DNA of 64,000 nt. It comes from Candidatus Omnitrophota bacterium (GTDB lineage Bacteria; Omnitrophota; Omnitrophia; Omnitrophales; Aquincolibacteriaceae). This document shows, one piece after another, positions 32,241 through 41,600 of this stretch. The position numbers and the translations under genes are program-made. Each line of letters opens with the position of its first letter. Position 1 is the first letter of the stretch. The notes below the pieces were generated by a model. That model was not told the DNA's origin, ran no database searches, and saw nothing but the letters and a program-made list of their open reading frames with translations. The DNA lies in NCBI GenBank assembly GCA_022709525.1, contig JAKLIQ010000008.1, forward strand, positions 18,917 to 82,916, given 5' to 3'.

Positions 32241-32831
32241 CTACATGCTGAGCGATTTTTTTGCTTGTTTGCTCGCTTTTTCGGCTTCTTTTTGTTTCTT
32301 CTTCGCTTCTTCTGCAGCTTTCTTTTTCGCCTTCTCGGCTTCGCGTTGCGCTTTCTTTTTCGCCTCTTCGGCCTCTTTTTGTTTCTTTTTGGCCAATTTT
32401 TCGGCCTCGGCTTTCTGAGCTTTCAGTTTTTTCTCGGATTCAATTTTCTTTTTGGCCTCTTCGGCTTTCTTCTTGGCTTTTTCGGCTTCGCGCTCGGCCT
32501 GCTTTTTGGCTTTCTCCGCTTCGCGTTCCGCCTTTTTCTTGGCTTCTTCGGCCTCTTTTTGTTTCTTTTTCGCTTCTCTTTCGGCCTCTTTCTTCGCCTT
32601 CGCGGCCTCTCGTTCGGCTTTTTCCGCTTCTTTCTTACTTAAACCGGGAGGCATATTCCCTTCCCAGCCTTTTTTCTCGCCCTTTCCCCAGCCTGCGGGA
32701 TTGGTGTTCTCCTCCTCGGCAAAGGCCAAGCTACCGCCTAAACTGAGTCCCAGCACTAACACAAAAACACACATCCGCATAAAGATGTTTGCTTTCATGA
32801 TCTTGCCCTCCTCTCGTTGAATAAAAAACAC
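32241..32831 (-). CDS. Secreted Lys/Glu/Ala-repeat protein, paralogue 1
   Basis: 196 aa with a signal peptide. Conserved head PAGWGKGEKKGWEGNMPPGLSKKEAEK, then about 120 aa of (KKxAEREAEKA) repeats. Confidence 0.55.
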   Translation of the reverse strand: MFFIQREEGKIMKANIFMRMCVFVLVLGLSLGGSLAFAEEENTNPAGWGKGEKKGWEGNMPPGLSKKEAEKAEREAAKAKKEAEREAKKKQKEAEEAKKKAEREAEKAKKQAEREAEKAKKKAEEAKKKIESEKKLKAQKAEAEKLAKKKQKEAEEAKKKAQREAEKAKKKAAEEAKKKQKEAEKASKQAKKSLSM

Positions 32832-32836
32832 TGTGA

Positions 32837-33583
32837 TCAGGACGCGTTCTTCTTCGCTTCTTTTTCCGCGCGCTTTGCTTCGCGCTTCGCCTGTTTTTCA
32901 GCTTTTTTTGCAGCTCTCTTCGCGTCACGTTCCTGCCGCTTGATATCCCGCTTGGCTTTGGCTGCCTGATAATCAGCCTCCGCCTTAGCGCGATCGGCAG
33001 CGCGGTCGGCTTTCAGTTTCGCCAGTCTCTCTTCGTTCTTTTTCCTCTCAATGTCCCGCTCGGCTTTTTTTGCTTCGTATTGGGCCTTTTCTTCGGCTTT
33101 CTTCGCTTCGCGCTCGGCTTTCTTCTTGGCTTTCTTTGCTTCATTTTCTGCTTTCTTTTTGGCCGCCTCCTTTTCATTTTCCGCTTTCTCTTTGGCTTTT
33201 TGAGCTTCCTTTTCGGCCTCTTTTTTAGCCTTCTCCGCTTCCTTTTGCGCTTTCTTCTCGGCTTTCTCGGCTTCTTTTTGCTTTTTTTTCGCTTCTTTCT
33301 CGGCTTCCTTGGCAGCTTTTTCAGCTTTCTTTTGTTCTTTTTTAGAAGCCTTTTCGGCTTTCTTTTGAGCTTTCTTTGCCTCTTTGTCAGCTTTCTTTTG
33401 CGTTTTTTTGGCCTCTTTTTCGCTTAGGCCGGGGGGCACGTTCGTTTCCCAACCTTTTTTCTCGCCTTTTTCCCAACCCGAAGGACTAGTGCCATTTTCT
33501 TCAGCAAAAGCAATGCCTCCGCCTAAACTCAATCCCCAAGCAATTAAAAAAGTGCATACCCATTGGCTCATCTTAGTTTTCAT
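32837..33583 (-). CDS. Secreted Lys/Glu/Ala-repeat protein, paralogue 2
   Basis: 248 aa with a signal peptide and the same head (PSGWEKGEKKGWETNVPPGLSEKEAKK) followed by KAE-type repeats. Tandem duplicate of 32241..32831. Confidence 0.55.
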   Translation of the reverse strand: MKTKMSQWVCTFLIAWGLSLGGGIAFAEENGTSPSGWEKGEKKGWETNVPPGLSEKEAKKTQKKADKEAKKAQKKAEKASKKEQKKAEKAAKEAEKEAKKKQKEAEKAEKKAQKEAEKAKKEAEKEAQKAKEKAENEKEAAKKKAENEAKKAKKKAEREAKKAEEKAQYEAKKAERDIERKKNEERLAKLKADRAADRAKAEADYQAAKAKRDIKRQERDAKRAAKKAEKQAKREAKRAEKEAKKNAS

Positions 33584-33656
33584 GTTTTTCTCCCATGGTT
33601 ATAAATTCGAAGCTTTGGCTGGTTCTATCATACCCCATAAAAAAAGGGGGGTTACG

Positions 33657-33857
33657 TTATTTTTTATTTTGAATTAACGAAACAAAGCGACGGAACGAAC
33701 GGTCATAGGTCTTTTCAATGTCATCAGGAAAGTAACAGGCCGGTAACTGGTTCTGGCTTCGATGGTAGGCGATACATTCGCAGCATATTCCCTTGCGGGG
33801 ACAAGGTTCGTACGAACAGTTGCACCTTGCTTTATTGGTTTCGATCTTGCATTCCAT
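33657..33857 (-). CDS. Small cysteine-rich protein (8 Cys, CxC...PCxRKGxCCxC...YH...C pattern)
   Basis: 66 aa: [44 protein letters not shown] conserved-looking metal-binding cysteine array. No family assigned here. Confidence 0.45.
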   Translation of the reverse strand: MECKIETNKARCNCSYEPCPRKGICCECIAYHRSQNQLPACYFPDDIEKTYDRSFRRFVSLIQNKK

Positions 33858-34003
33858 AATATTCTCCCGCAGAAAAATGAAATGAAAAATCGCGCCACTC
33901 CGTCCCGCTAAAGGCGGAACGTCGAGTGCCGCCCAAATCCTATCGACGCGAAAGGGCCTGGCCCGAAAGCCAGGTCCCGATTTTCCCGTTTTTTTATTTA
34001 AAT

Positions 34004-34030
34004 AGAAAAATCGGGGCGCCCTGTTTTTTC
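34004..34030 (-). terminator. GC palindrome (GGGGCGCCCC) with flanking T-tracts, downstream of tRNA-Pro
   Basis: aaatagaaaaatcGGGGCGCCCtgtttttt. The same motif recurs upstream of the tRNA at 34236-34258. Confidence 0.35.
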
Positions 34031-34096
34031 ATTTATTTTTTAAATTGAAAACAGGACTGCCGCTGATTACCAATCATAATTTCAATATAATGACAA

Positions 34097-34171
<75 letters not shown>

Positions 34172-34331
34172 CGTACAATTGTTTAAAAATCAACAGATCG
34201 TCGGGAGCAGTCTTGATTTCCTTAAAATCTTTTTAAATAGAAATCAAGGCGCCCCGAGAAAAACAATGAAGCAACAAGAACAAAACGGCGGGGATTATAA
34301 CATTCTCTGGAGGGCGATTCAATCAAAGGCG

Positions 34332-36086
34332 TCAAACATCCACGGCCAGATCAGCCGTTGACGCAACCTGTTCGGGCGTGATCGGTGATGGAGCGATCGA
34401 ACGGCGCTTCATCCCCCGGGTTAAAAGCGCGGCCTCCATCACCTCCTTGAACACCGGAGCCGCCACGGTGCCGCCATAATAGAGAGGCCTTGGCTCATCC
34501 AGAACAACGACCATCGCGTAACGGGGATCGTCTGCGGGAGCGAACCCCACGAACGAGGACATGAACGCACTATGGGAATACCCCTTGCCCCCTGGAAGGA
34601 TCTTCTGACCGGTACCGGTCTTGCCGCCGACCGGAATATCCGGTATTTTAGCTTTAGTGCCGGTGCCTCTTTCCACGACCTGTTTCAAGATCTCGCGCAT
34701 TATAGCGGCGATTTCTGGCTTGATGACCTGCTGCCTTATTACGGGCTTTTTTTCTTTTAGCGTCACGCCTGCCGGGTCCTGAACTTTAGAAATGATATAG
34801 GGACGCATGAGGTAACCTCCATTCGCGATCACCGCTATAGCGTTCACCATTTGAAGGGCCGTCACCATAACCTCCTGTCCCATGGGAATATTATAAGGAG
34901 AGGTTTTGGACCACTGAGAAGGCGGCCGCGTATAACCGGGCGCCTCCCCCGCCATATCGATCCCGGCACGCACGCCGAAACCGAATTTCTGCACGTAATC
35001 CTGAAACTTGGCGGGGCCCATTTTTTGAGCGATCTTGACCGTCCCGATATTGCTTGATTTAACAATGATCTCGCTCATTGGAAGCGTCCCGTAAGCGTGA
35101 ACATCACGTAATGTTTTGATGCCGTAATTCCATTTTCCATTCTCGCAAAAAAAGGTTGTTTCCGGTTTCACCGCATCCTCATTGAGGGCGCCGCTTGCGG
35201 CCACGATCTTGAAAACGGAGCCCGGTTCATACATATCTGTGATGGCGCGGTTGCGCTTAGCGTCTGCTCCGACTTTGGCGTAGTGGTTCGGATCAAAGCC
35301 CGGTTGATTCGCCATCGCCAGGATTTCGCCTGTCTTCGGATCCATAACGATCGCCCACGCGCCCTTAGCCTTCCATTGCTTGAAAGCGGACTCGAGCGCT
35401 TTTTCGGTCAAATATTGAAGGTGTTGGTCGATCGTTAATACCACCCGGTTCCCGTCGATCACAGGAAGGCTTTTCACTTCGAATGCTTTGATCTCGCGCC
35501 CTTTAGCGTCGCGCTGCGTGACGCGTTTTCCGGGTTTTCCTCTCAGATCGCCATCCATGGAACGCTCAATGCCCTCCACGCCTTCGTTGTCGACGGTAGA
35601 AAAACCCAACACCTGCGCGAGCATGGACCCCTGCGGGTAAAACCGCTTATATTCTTCCAAAATGCCCAAGGCCGGCGAATTGAGCTTCCGGATCTTGTCG
35701 GATTCCTCGAAGGTCACGCGGCGTTTAAGCCAGACGAACGCTTTATCCCGCGATAACCGCTCCAGCACCCATTTCCGGTCAAGGCCCAGGATCTTCGCGA
35801 CCTCAGAGCTCAGGTCTTTGCGTTCTCCCTCCTCCAGCACGCGAGGAACGGCGTAGATCGAAGGGATCTTCAAATTGGTAACGAACTCCTTGCCGTTTCG
35901 GTCCGTGATGGGACCCCGGAGCGGCGGGACATCCACGCTAATGTAATGCTGGCGATGCGCCAGTTGGAGAAGCGAGGACTGGTGAAAGCAGGTCAATTGA
36001 ACGATCTGGTAAATGATCAAACAGAAAAAAATAAAGAGGACAATGTAGAGGAACCAGAACCGACGCGGCGAAAGCAACGCTCGCAT
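34332..36086 (-). CDS. ftsI: Division-specific peptidoglycan transpeptidase FtsI (PBP3)
   Basis: 584 aa with N-terminal TM, PBP dimerisation and transpeptidase domains (SVFK, SSN, KTGT). Lies downstream of ftsL. Confidence 0.85.
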   Translation of the reverse strand: MRALLSPRRFWFLYIVLFIFFCLIIYQIVQLTCFHQSSLLQLAHRQHYISVDVPPLRGPITDRNGKEFVTNLKIPSIYAVPRVLEEGERKDLSSEVAKILGLDRKWVLERLSRDKAFVWLKRRVTFEESDKIRKLNSPALGILEEYKRFYPQGSMLAQVLGFSTVDNEGVEGIERSMDGDLRGKPGKRVTQRDAKGREIKAFEVKSLPVIDGNRVVLTIDQHLQYLTEKALESAFKQWKAKGAWAIVMDPKTGEILAMANQPGFDPNHYAKVGADAKRNRAITDMYEPGSVFKIVAASGALNEDAVKPETTFFCENGKWNYGIKTLRDVHAYGTLPMSEIIVKSSNIGTVKIAQKMGPAKFQDYVQKFGFGVRAGIDMAGEAPGYTRPPSQWSKTSPYNIPMGQEVMVTALQMVNAIAVIANGGYLMRPYIISKVQDPAGVTLKEKKPVIRQQVIKPEIAAIMREILKQVVERGTGTKAKIPDIPVGGKTGTGQKILPGGKGYSHSAFMSSFVGFAPADDPRYAMVVVLDEPRPLYYGGTVAAPVFKEVMEAALLTRGMKRRSIAPSPITPEQVASTADLAVDV

Positions 36087-36089
36087 TTT

Positions 36090-36482
36090 TTAGGAGGAAA
36101 GGTCGGTCTTGGCCTGGGCCGTCTGGATCCAACGACCGAGAAAGCTTGAAACTTCGGACGACAACGTGCGCGTGGCTTTATGCTCCTGCGATGCCGGAAT
36201 AGCCAATTCCGGCACGGGAGGGATCTCCACGACCTGGATCTTATTGGGAAGCGCGAGACCCATGTCGTGCCGTTTCATTTTTGCCTCAAGAAGGCGGGGG
36301 GCCCTCAATTGATCGACCTTATATTGGAACCTGCGAAGGAGTTCTTGCTTTTCGGCAACGGCGCGGGAATTTTTGTGGATATCGAGAGAGACAAGAACGG
36401 AAGCGATCTGAAGATGCACAAAAAGAAGCATCGAACAGGTCAACGTCGCGATAAGAATTAAAACTTTTCCGCTGCCTTTCAT
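36090..36482 (-). CDS. ftsL: Cell division protein FtsL-like
   Basis: 130 aa with a single TM plus coiled coil, between rsmH and ftsI. Confidence 0.6.
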   Translation of the reverse strand: MKGSGKVLILIATLTCSMLLFVHLQIASVLVSLDIHKNSRAVAEKQELLRRFQYKVDQLRAPRLLEAKMKRHDMGLALPNKIQVVEIPPVPELAIPASQEHKATRTLSSEVSSFLGRWIQTAQAKTDLSS

Positions 36483-37387
36483 GATATTTTTTCAATGACC
36501 CGGAGTTTAGCGCTTCTTGATCTTGGATTATTCAATATTTCCGAACGTTTTGCAACAAGTGGTTTACGAAAAATCAATTTTCCGCGCTCTTCAAGGTCCC
36601 ATGCCCGGAACTGTTGCTTGACGATCCGGTCCTCAAGGGAATGAAAACTGATGACTCCGAGCCTTCCGCCCGGAACGAGGTGCTTGAAAGCGCCGCTCAT
36701 GCCTTCTTTCAGGGCTTCCAGCTCGTCGTTGACGCCGATCCGGAGGGCTTGAAAAACTTTTGTGGCGGGATGGCGCCGCGCCCAACCGGGCCGCTTTCCT
36801 TTCTCAAACCGCAGATGGGACGGAAGGGCCTTTTCAAGGGCTTGATGGAGGTCTTCGACGGTCTTGAGAGGATGATGGCGACGCGTCTCTACGATCACCT
36901 TGGCAAAACGCCGCGATCGACGTTCTTCGCCGTAATGATAGAAGAGGTCTGCCAGCTGAACTTCGGACATCTGCGTGAGCAGGTCCGAGGCCTTGCGGCC
37001 GATCTCAGGGTTCATCCGCATATCCAATTCCCCTTCCCCTTGGAAACTGAAACCGCGCTTTCCGTCCGCCAATTGTTCCGACGAGATCCCGATATCCAGA
37101 AGCACGGCATCGAATGCCTTGACCTCTAACCGCATAAAAACTTTGTCTAAATTCCTGAAATTCTCGTGGACCAAAACGATCCGCGGGTCTTTTTCGAAGA
37201 GCGCCCGGCACCGCCGGATCGCGTCCGGATCCTGATCGAATCCGACCAGTTTCCCGGACGGCCCTATCTTTTCCAGGATCGCTTCCGCGTGCCCCCCGCC
37301 CCCGAGCGTACCGTCCATCACGACGGCGCCCGGCTTGAGCGCCAGAGCGTCCAGAACTTCTTGTAAAAGAACGGGCTTATGCCGCAA
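36479..37387 (-). CDS. rsmH: 16S rRNA (cytosine1402-N4)-methyltransferase RsmH/MraW
   Basis: 302 aa with the MRHKPVLLQEVLDAL N-terminus and an SAM-methyltransferase fold. Confidence 0.9.
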   Translation of the reverse strand: MRHKPVLLQEVLDALALKPGAVVMDGTLGGGGHAEAILEKIGPSGKLVGFDQDPDAIRRCRALFEKDPRIVLVHENFRNLDKVFMRLEVKAFDAVLLDIGISSEQLADGKRGFSFQGEGELDMRMNPEIGRKASDLLTQMSEVQLADLFYHYGEERRSRRFAKVIVETRRHHPLKTVEDLHQALEKALPSHLRFEKGKRPGWARRHPATKVFQALRIGVNDELEALKEGMSGAFKHLVPGGRLGVISFHSLEDRIVKQQFRAWDLEERGKLIFRKPLVAKRSEILNNPRSRSAKLRVIEKIS

Positions 37388-37715
37388 AACTAAGGATCGC
37401 CTCTTCTTCCGACGGATAGCTTTCCATAAGACCGTTCACGCCGATCATCTGGAAAGTCCGTTCGACCTCGGGGCGTAAATTGCAAAGTTTGATATCCCCT
37501 TTTTGCTCGCGCACCTTGCGGAGGCGATCCACCAAGATCCCGACTCCCGCCAGCTCCACGCGCCGCGTATCCTTCAGATCCAGCAATAAGCGCTTGTGGT
37601 TGCGGTGAAGCAGGCGATTCATGCGGTCCTTCATTTTGATCATGGTAAGGGCATTAAGATCTCCGTTAAAACGCAACACATCGACCCCGATCTTCGTCCT
37701 GGCGTGATAGACCAT
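37377..37715 (-). CDS. STAS-domain protein (anti-sigma-factor antagonist family)
   Basis: 112 aa. The VLRFNGDLNA...LLLDLKDTRRVELAGVGILV pattern resembles SpoIIAA/RsbV. Embedded between mraZ and rsmH. Confidence 0.65.
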   Translation of the reverse strand: MVYHARTKIGVDVLRFNGDLNALTMIKMKDRMNRLLHRNHKRLLLDLKDTRRVELAGVGILVDRLRKVREQKGDIKLCNLRPEVERTFQMIGVNGLMESYPSEEEAILSFAA

Positions 37716-37728
37716 GATGACTCCTTTC

Positions 37729-38166
37729 CTATTCGGATACTAGCTTTTCTGCGAGTTCTTCAAAATGGTTCTTATGATGATCGAAAAATCCCTGCCACTT
37801 CTCTTTCGCCCAGATCTCGATACGGCTCGAAACGCCGACGATCACCACATCGGTTTTGATGTCGGCATAACTTTTCAAATAATCCGGGATCAAGACCCTT
37901 CCCTGTTTGTCGCAAACGACTTCACAGGCACCGGAAAAGAAAAGGCGGTTGAAGGTCCTGGATTCGGATTTAGTAAAGGGCATATCGCGAAACTTTTTTT
38001 CTTCCGTCTTCCATTGCTCTTCGGTGAAAACGAACAGACATTGATCGAGACCGCGGGTAATAAAGAAACGCTCAACATAGCGTTCTTTAAAGATCTCGCG
38101 GAATTTGGCGGGGATCATCACGCGGCTTTTTGCGTCGATCACATGTTCGTATTCACCGTAAAACAT
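37729..38166 (-). CDS. mraZ: Division/cell wall cluster transcriptional regulator MraZ
   Basis: 145 aa with two MraZ repeats. The first reads IDAKSRVMIPAKFRE and the second DKQGRVLIPDYL. Confidence 0.85.
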   Translation of the reverse strand: MFYGEYEHVIDAKSRVMIPAKFREIFKERYVERFFITRGLDQCLFVFTEEQWKTEEKKFRDMPFTKSESRTFNRLFFSGACEVVCDKQGRVLIPDYLKSYADIKTDVVIVGVSSRIEIWAKEKWQGFFDHHKNHFEELAEKLVSE

Positions 38167-38188
38167 GTCTTTTTGTTCCTTTCAGCAT

Positions 38189-38258
38189 TCCCACTATTTA
38201 CCACTTTTCCCCACTTTATTATCGACGGTAGTATAACTTTCCCTTAATTTCGTGTCAA
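38189..38258 (-). promoter_or_regulatory. mraZ promoter (TTGACA-17-TATACT) with a downstream MraZ operator (three GTGG[G/T] direct repeats at 10-bp spacing)
   Basis: Minus-strand sense: TTGACAcgaaattaagggaaagtTATACT...aaGTGGGgaaaaGTGGTaaataGTGGGaatg, placed just upstream of the mraZ ATG. It matches the MraZ box architecture. Confidence 0.5.
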
Positions 38259-38399
38259 CAGTCTTTTTTATAGGGATGGTATGAATAAAGAACTCCCTTG
38301 GAGACGGCTTTTTGTAGAGAGGAAACGGGTAAAAAACGCCTAAGAGGCAGGATGGTCGGGGTCGGAATCTAAACGAGGCGTTTCAGCAAAGACGAAGAA

Positions 38400-39116
38400 T
38401 TACGATTCGAAATAAAGGATGCGGGAACAGTTCTCGCAGACAATGATCTGTTCGCCGAGACGGATCTCATTGATCAATTGAGGCCGAAGCTGCATTTGGC
38501 AAGCCGCACAGACTTCGCCATTCACCGCAGCGAGCGCAAGCCCCTGTTTTTTGACGACGATCCGGTTATAAAGCTCCGCAAGTTCGGGCGGAAGCTGCGT
38601 AACGGCTTCTTCGCGTTGTTTTTTAAGATCGACAAGGCGTCCTTGCAGATTTTTTTCCTGCGTCACTAATTCGCTATCTTTATCCTGGAACGATTTGGTC
38701 ACCAAAGCGACTTTTTCTTTTTCTTTTCGCGTCTCATCCTTGGCGGCTTCGACCTCATCCAGGATATGGATGATCCCCTCCTCAAGAAGGGAATTATCGG
38801 CCTTAAGCGAAGCGATCTCCTGCTGGAGCGCCGCATATTCCTTGTTCGTCTTCACCTGCGACAATTGCCCGTCAAGTTTTTTGATCTGCATTTCCTTCTG
38901 GGAAAGCTCGAGCTCTTTTTCTTTAAGCTTTAGCTGGATGTCCTTAAGCATTTTCTCGAGTTCGGTGAAATGAGTTTTTTCGAGCTCAAGGTCGGCCTTA
39001 AGCTGGGCTCTCTGCGACGGGATCTCTTCCAGCAAGATATGGGCGTGATGGATCTCGCTGTCAAGTTGCTGGGCTTTTTTTAAGATATCAAGGTTCTGGG
39101 TAATGGGGCTTGGCAT
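38400..39116 (-). CDS. Coiled-coil protein with C-terminal C4 zinc ribbon (COG1579-like)
   Basis: 238 aa with a long coiled coil, then CAACQMQL...CENCSRILY. Confidence 0.6.
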   Translation of the reverse strand: MPSPITQNLDILKKAQQLDSEIHHAHILLEEIPSQRAQLKADLELEKTHFTELEKMLKDIQLKLKEKELELSQKEMQIKKLDGQLSQVKTNKEYAALQQEIASLKADNSLLEEGIIHILDEVEAAKDETRKEKEKVALVTKSFQDKDSELVTQEKNLQGRLVDLKKQREEAVTQLPPELAELYNRIVVKKQGLALAAVNGEVCAACQMQLRPQLINEIRLGEQIIVCENCSRILYFES

Positions 39117-39187
39117 AATTAGAGGGGATTATAAGAGAGATAGAAGACGCCATCAAGAACGAAATGAGAGGATCGCCTGAAAGGAAA

Positions 39188-39721
39188 TTAGATCCTTCGC
39201 AGGAAGCGGGATAGTTCGGCCAGTCCCCGGATCTCTTCGGGGGTCAAGCGCGCGTTCTGCAAAAAGCTTTTGGAAGAAGGGACAGCGCTCGGAACTTCTC
39301 CTTTCGCTAAAGACGTGAGCGCATAGGCGGGAGACGGGACCCATTTGCAGATCCGCGCGCTCGTTCTCTCTCCTACCACGGCAAAAAGGCCTCGGTATTC
39401 AAAAAAACTGAGCCGGTCGCTGAAACCGTTCATTTCCAGGATCCGGTGCCGGTCCAATTCCGGATAGAAAAAATAAAGCGCGGCGTTGTTCGGCATCAGC
39501 ACCCAAAGCTTTCTGATCTCCTGCTGGAGCTCTTCTTTCGAAAAATCTCTCATGGAGCGGTAAAAGATGCGCACCCATATTTGTGCGTCCTTGCTCTTGA
39601 ACAAGAAGGGGGCTCCGTTCGCATCTTCAAGGATCACCTTGTCGTTGTGAAGCTCCTGAACCGACGAACGGATCGACTGGAAGATCTCTTGCCGGTGGGC
39701 GCGTTCTTGAAGGGCGATCAT
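39188..39721 (-). CDS. Hypothetical protein (about 178 aa)
   Basis: Start inferred from an ATGA overlap with the upstream gene's stop at 39718. No recognisable domain. Confidence 0.4.
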   Translation of the reverse strand: MIALQERAHRQEIFQSIRSSVQELHNDKVILEDANGAPFLFKSKDAQIWVRIFYRSMRDFSKEELQQEIRKLWVLMPNNAALYFFYPELDRHRILEMNGFSDRLSFFEYRGLFAVVGERTSARICKWVPSPAYALTSLAKGEVPSAVPSSKSFLQNARLTPEEIRGLAELSRFLRRI

Positions 39722-40503
39722 TGGGAAACTCCCGAAAAAGATTCGATCCAGCCAGCCAACATATATTTCTGAAGGGCCGGCTTCGCGTTCCATGACTGGT
39801 AGCGTAAAAGCTCCGCATGCAAAGCCGCCGAAAAATGCTTCGAGGGATCCGCAAGGTCCAGCCACCCGAGCCAAGCCAGATGGGTATCAAGATGCCTGAA
39901 AACCAAATCCGAAAAACGCTCGAAGATCATCTCTCCCTGGACCCCTTCCCCGCCTCCCGCCAAAGCGATATAGAACTCGAGCTGGGGATTTAGCGCGAGA
40001 CCGGCTTTCATCATCTTATAACCATCAGTTAAAGATTCAGGGTCCGGCTCGAGCAATAAGACCCATTTATCGAGAAAAGCGATCGTTTTTTCAAATTGAA
40101 AAAGATGGCGGTATTCAAAATCCAGGAAAATATCCCGGCTTTGCAAGATCCCGCCTGCATGGCGCGGCAGAGGAGCGTTCATAAGATCACGAAATTCGTC
40201 CCAATAAAGACAAAAACGTTCCAGCCGCTCCCCGAAAGGTTCGGGCGTATGGTTCAGGGATCCTGAAAGAACAGGAGCGGAACGCGGCAGGAGACTGATC
40301 AGCGAACAATCTTTATCCTGGGAGGCGATTTGGGAAGCGAAAAACGTGTTTAAGAAAAGAGAATCATTGTCATGTCCGGGACTTGAAACGGCCAAAACCT
40401 GCACTTCCGGCGGGCGGCGGGCCGGAAGCTCTTCGGACTCGACGCAAAAAAGCGGCGAAAGGTCCTTGAGTCCCCGCGTTAATTTCTTCTCGAGATCCAT
40501 CAT
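39718..40503 (-). CDS. ParA/MinD-like pseudo-ATPase (degenerate Walker A)
   Basis: About 261 aa. Start inferred from an ATGA overlap with the parA-like stop at 40500. VLAVSSPGHDNDSLFLNTFFASQIASQDKDCSLISLLP aligns to the ParA P-loop region (IIAIANQKGGCGKTTTS...VLLVDLDP) but the GKT is lost. Later segments keep the fold (WVLLLEPDPESL... resembles the ILDCPP switch region). Confidence 0.45.
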   Translation of the reverse strand: MMDLEKKLTRGLKDLSPLFCVESEELPARRPPEVQVLAVSSPGHDNDSLFLNTFFASQIASQDKDCSLISLLPRSAPVLSGSLNHTPEPFGERLERFCLYWDEFRDLMNAPLPRHAGGILQSRDIFLDFEYRHLFQFEKTIAFLDKWVLLLEPDPESLTDGYKMMKAGLALNPQLEFYIALAGGGEGVQGEMIFERFSDLVFRHLDTHLAWLGWLDLADPSKHFSAALHAELLRYQSWNAKPALQKYMLAGWIESFSGVSQ

Positions 40504-41600
40504 GCAAACTCCATATAAGAGTCCACGCCGCCATAAGCGTTCTCTTTTTGCATCGGCTGGCTCGGATCCACCTGCCATTCCCCATCCACGATGAACTTGT
40601 ACCGGAAGGTTTTAAGCTGCACGGGAATGACCCTCTGCCAGAGCCCTTCCTGATTGCGCTTGACGAGGGGCTCGGGGATCCAATGGTTGAAATCCCCGGC
40701 GATCTCTACCGAGGAAGCGATCTTGCTGAAGAACTGGAAAAGGATCCCATCCGAGATCTGGCGCGGACCAAAATGATTTTTATAAACCTTTTCCCACCCC
40801 AGCTCTTTCTCGGGCAGTTTCCGGTTCCAATCGCGTTCAAGATATTCCACGGCGAGGTTTAAATAGTCCTGGAACGCTTGCGATTGCGGCGCGTACTGCG
40901 CGATGCTCTGCCCCGCCGCGGCGGCTTCTTTGAGACTGATATGATCATGAATGATGGTCGTAAAAAGACGGTTCTGGAAATGGGCCCGGACCTCGTCGTA
41001 GATCTCCTGCGAAAAATTCATTTGGGAGTTGTAGATCGTCAGAAGCGCGTGTACCAGCAATGGCGTTTCGCGGCTCCGGTTGACGATCTGTAGGGTCTCC
41101 GAGATCTTGGCAAGCCCGTGAAGCGAGAAAAAAGAGGGTTCGATCGGGATGATGATCTCATCGGCCGCATTCAGAGCGTTCCAGGTGAGGACCCCAAGAT
41201 TGGGCGGACAATCAAGGATTACAAAATCGTAGAAGCGTTGTTCCTCGGCCAGGCGATTCATCAGTTCGCGCAGTTTGAGGTGATAGTGGGGCATAAAACC
41301 GAATTCTTCCTCAAGGGCATTGAGACTGGCGTTGCAGGGAATAAGATCAAGATCATTTTGCAGGGACCGGATCACTTGAGAAACCGGCGGACCGGCCCTC
41401 TGGAAAGGACTTAAAAGATCGTAGAGCGTGGGGGTGCCCTTCGGGGTTTTGACCCCTAGCCCGCACGTGGAATGCCCTTGGGGATCCAGATCGACGAGAA
41501 GGACCTTTTTCTGGAGAAAATTCAAACACGCAGAGAAATTGATGCTGGTCGTGGTCTTCCCGCATCCGCCTTTTTGATTCGCGATCGCGATGATTCTCAA
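40500..41600 (-). CDS. ParA/MinD-family ATPase fused to a C-terminal AMPK-beta glycogen-binding (CBM48-like) domain
   Basis: Deviant Walker A motif NQKGGCGKTT, DLDPQG and ILDCPP. The C-terminal ~80 aa (IAGDFNHW...FRYKFIVDGEWQVDPSQP...GGVDSYMEF) match the AMPK1_CBM/CBM48 glycogen-binding domain consensus (GSFNNW...YKFFVDGQWTHDPSEP). The track start is a TTG. Confidence 0.8.
   Translation of the reverse strand: MRIIAIANQKGGCGKTTTSINFSACLNFLQKKVLLVDLDPQGHSTCGLGVKTPKGTPTLYDLLSPFQRAGPPVSQVIRSLQNDLDLIPCNASLNALEEEFGFMPHYHLKLRELMNRLAEEQRFYDFVILDCPPNLGVLTWNALNAADEIIIPIEPSFFSLHGLAKISETLQIVNRSRETPLLVHALLTIYNSQMNFSQEIYDEVRAHFQNRLFTTIIHDHISLKEAAAAGQSIAQYAPQSQAFQDYLNLAVEYLERDWNRKLPEKELGWEKVYKNHFGPRQISDGILFQFFSKIASSVEIAGDFNHWIPEPLVKRNQEGLWQRVIPVQLKTFRYKFIVDGEWQVDPSQPMQKENAYGGVDSYMEFA

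Noticed and set aside
33860-34096. Hairpin GGGCCTGGCCCGAAAGCCAGGTCCC followed by a T-run on the plus strand, as a plus-strand terminator
   Set aside because: There is no plus-strand gene upstream to terminate. It more likely forms part of the bidirectional GC-palindrome/T-tract element downstream of tRNA-Pro, or is a chance structure.
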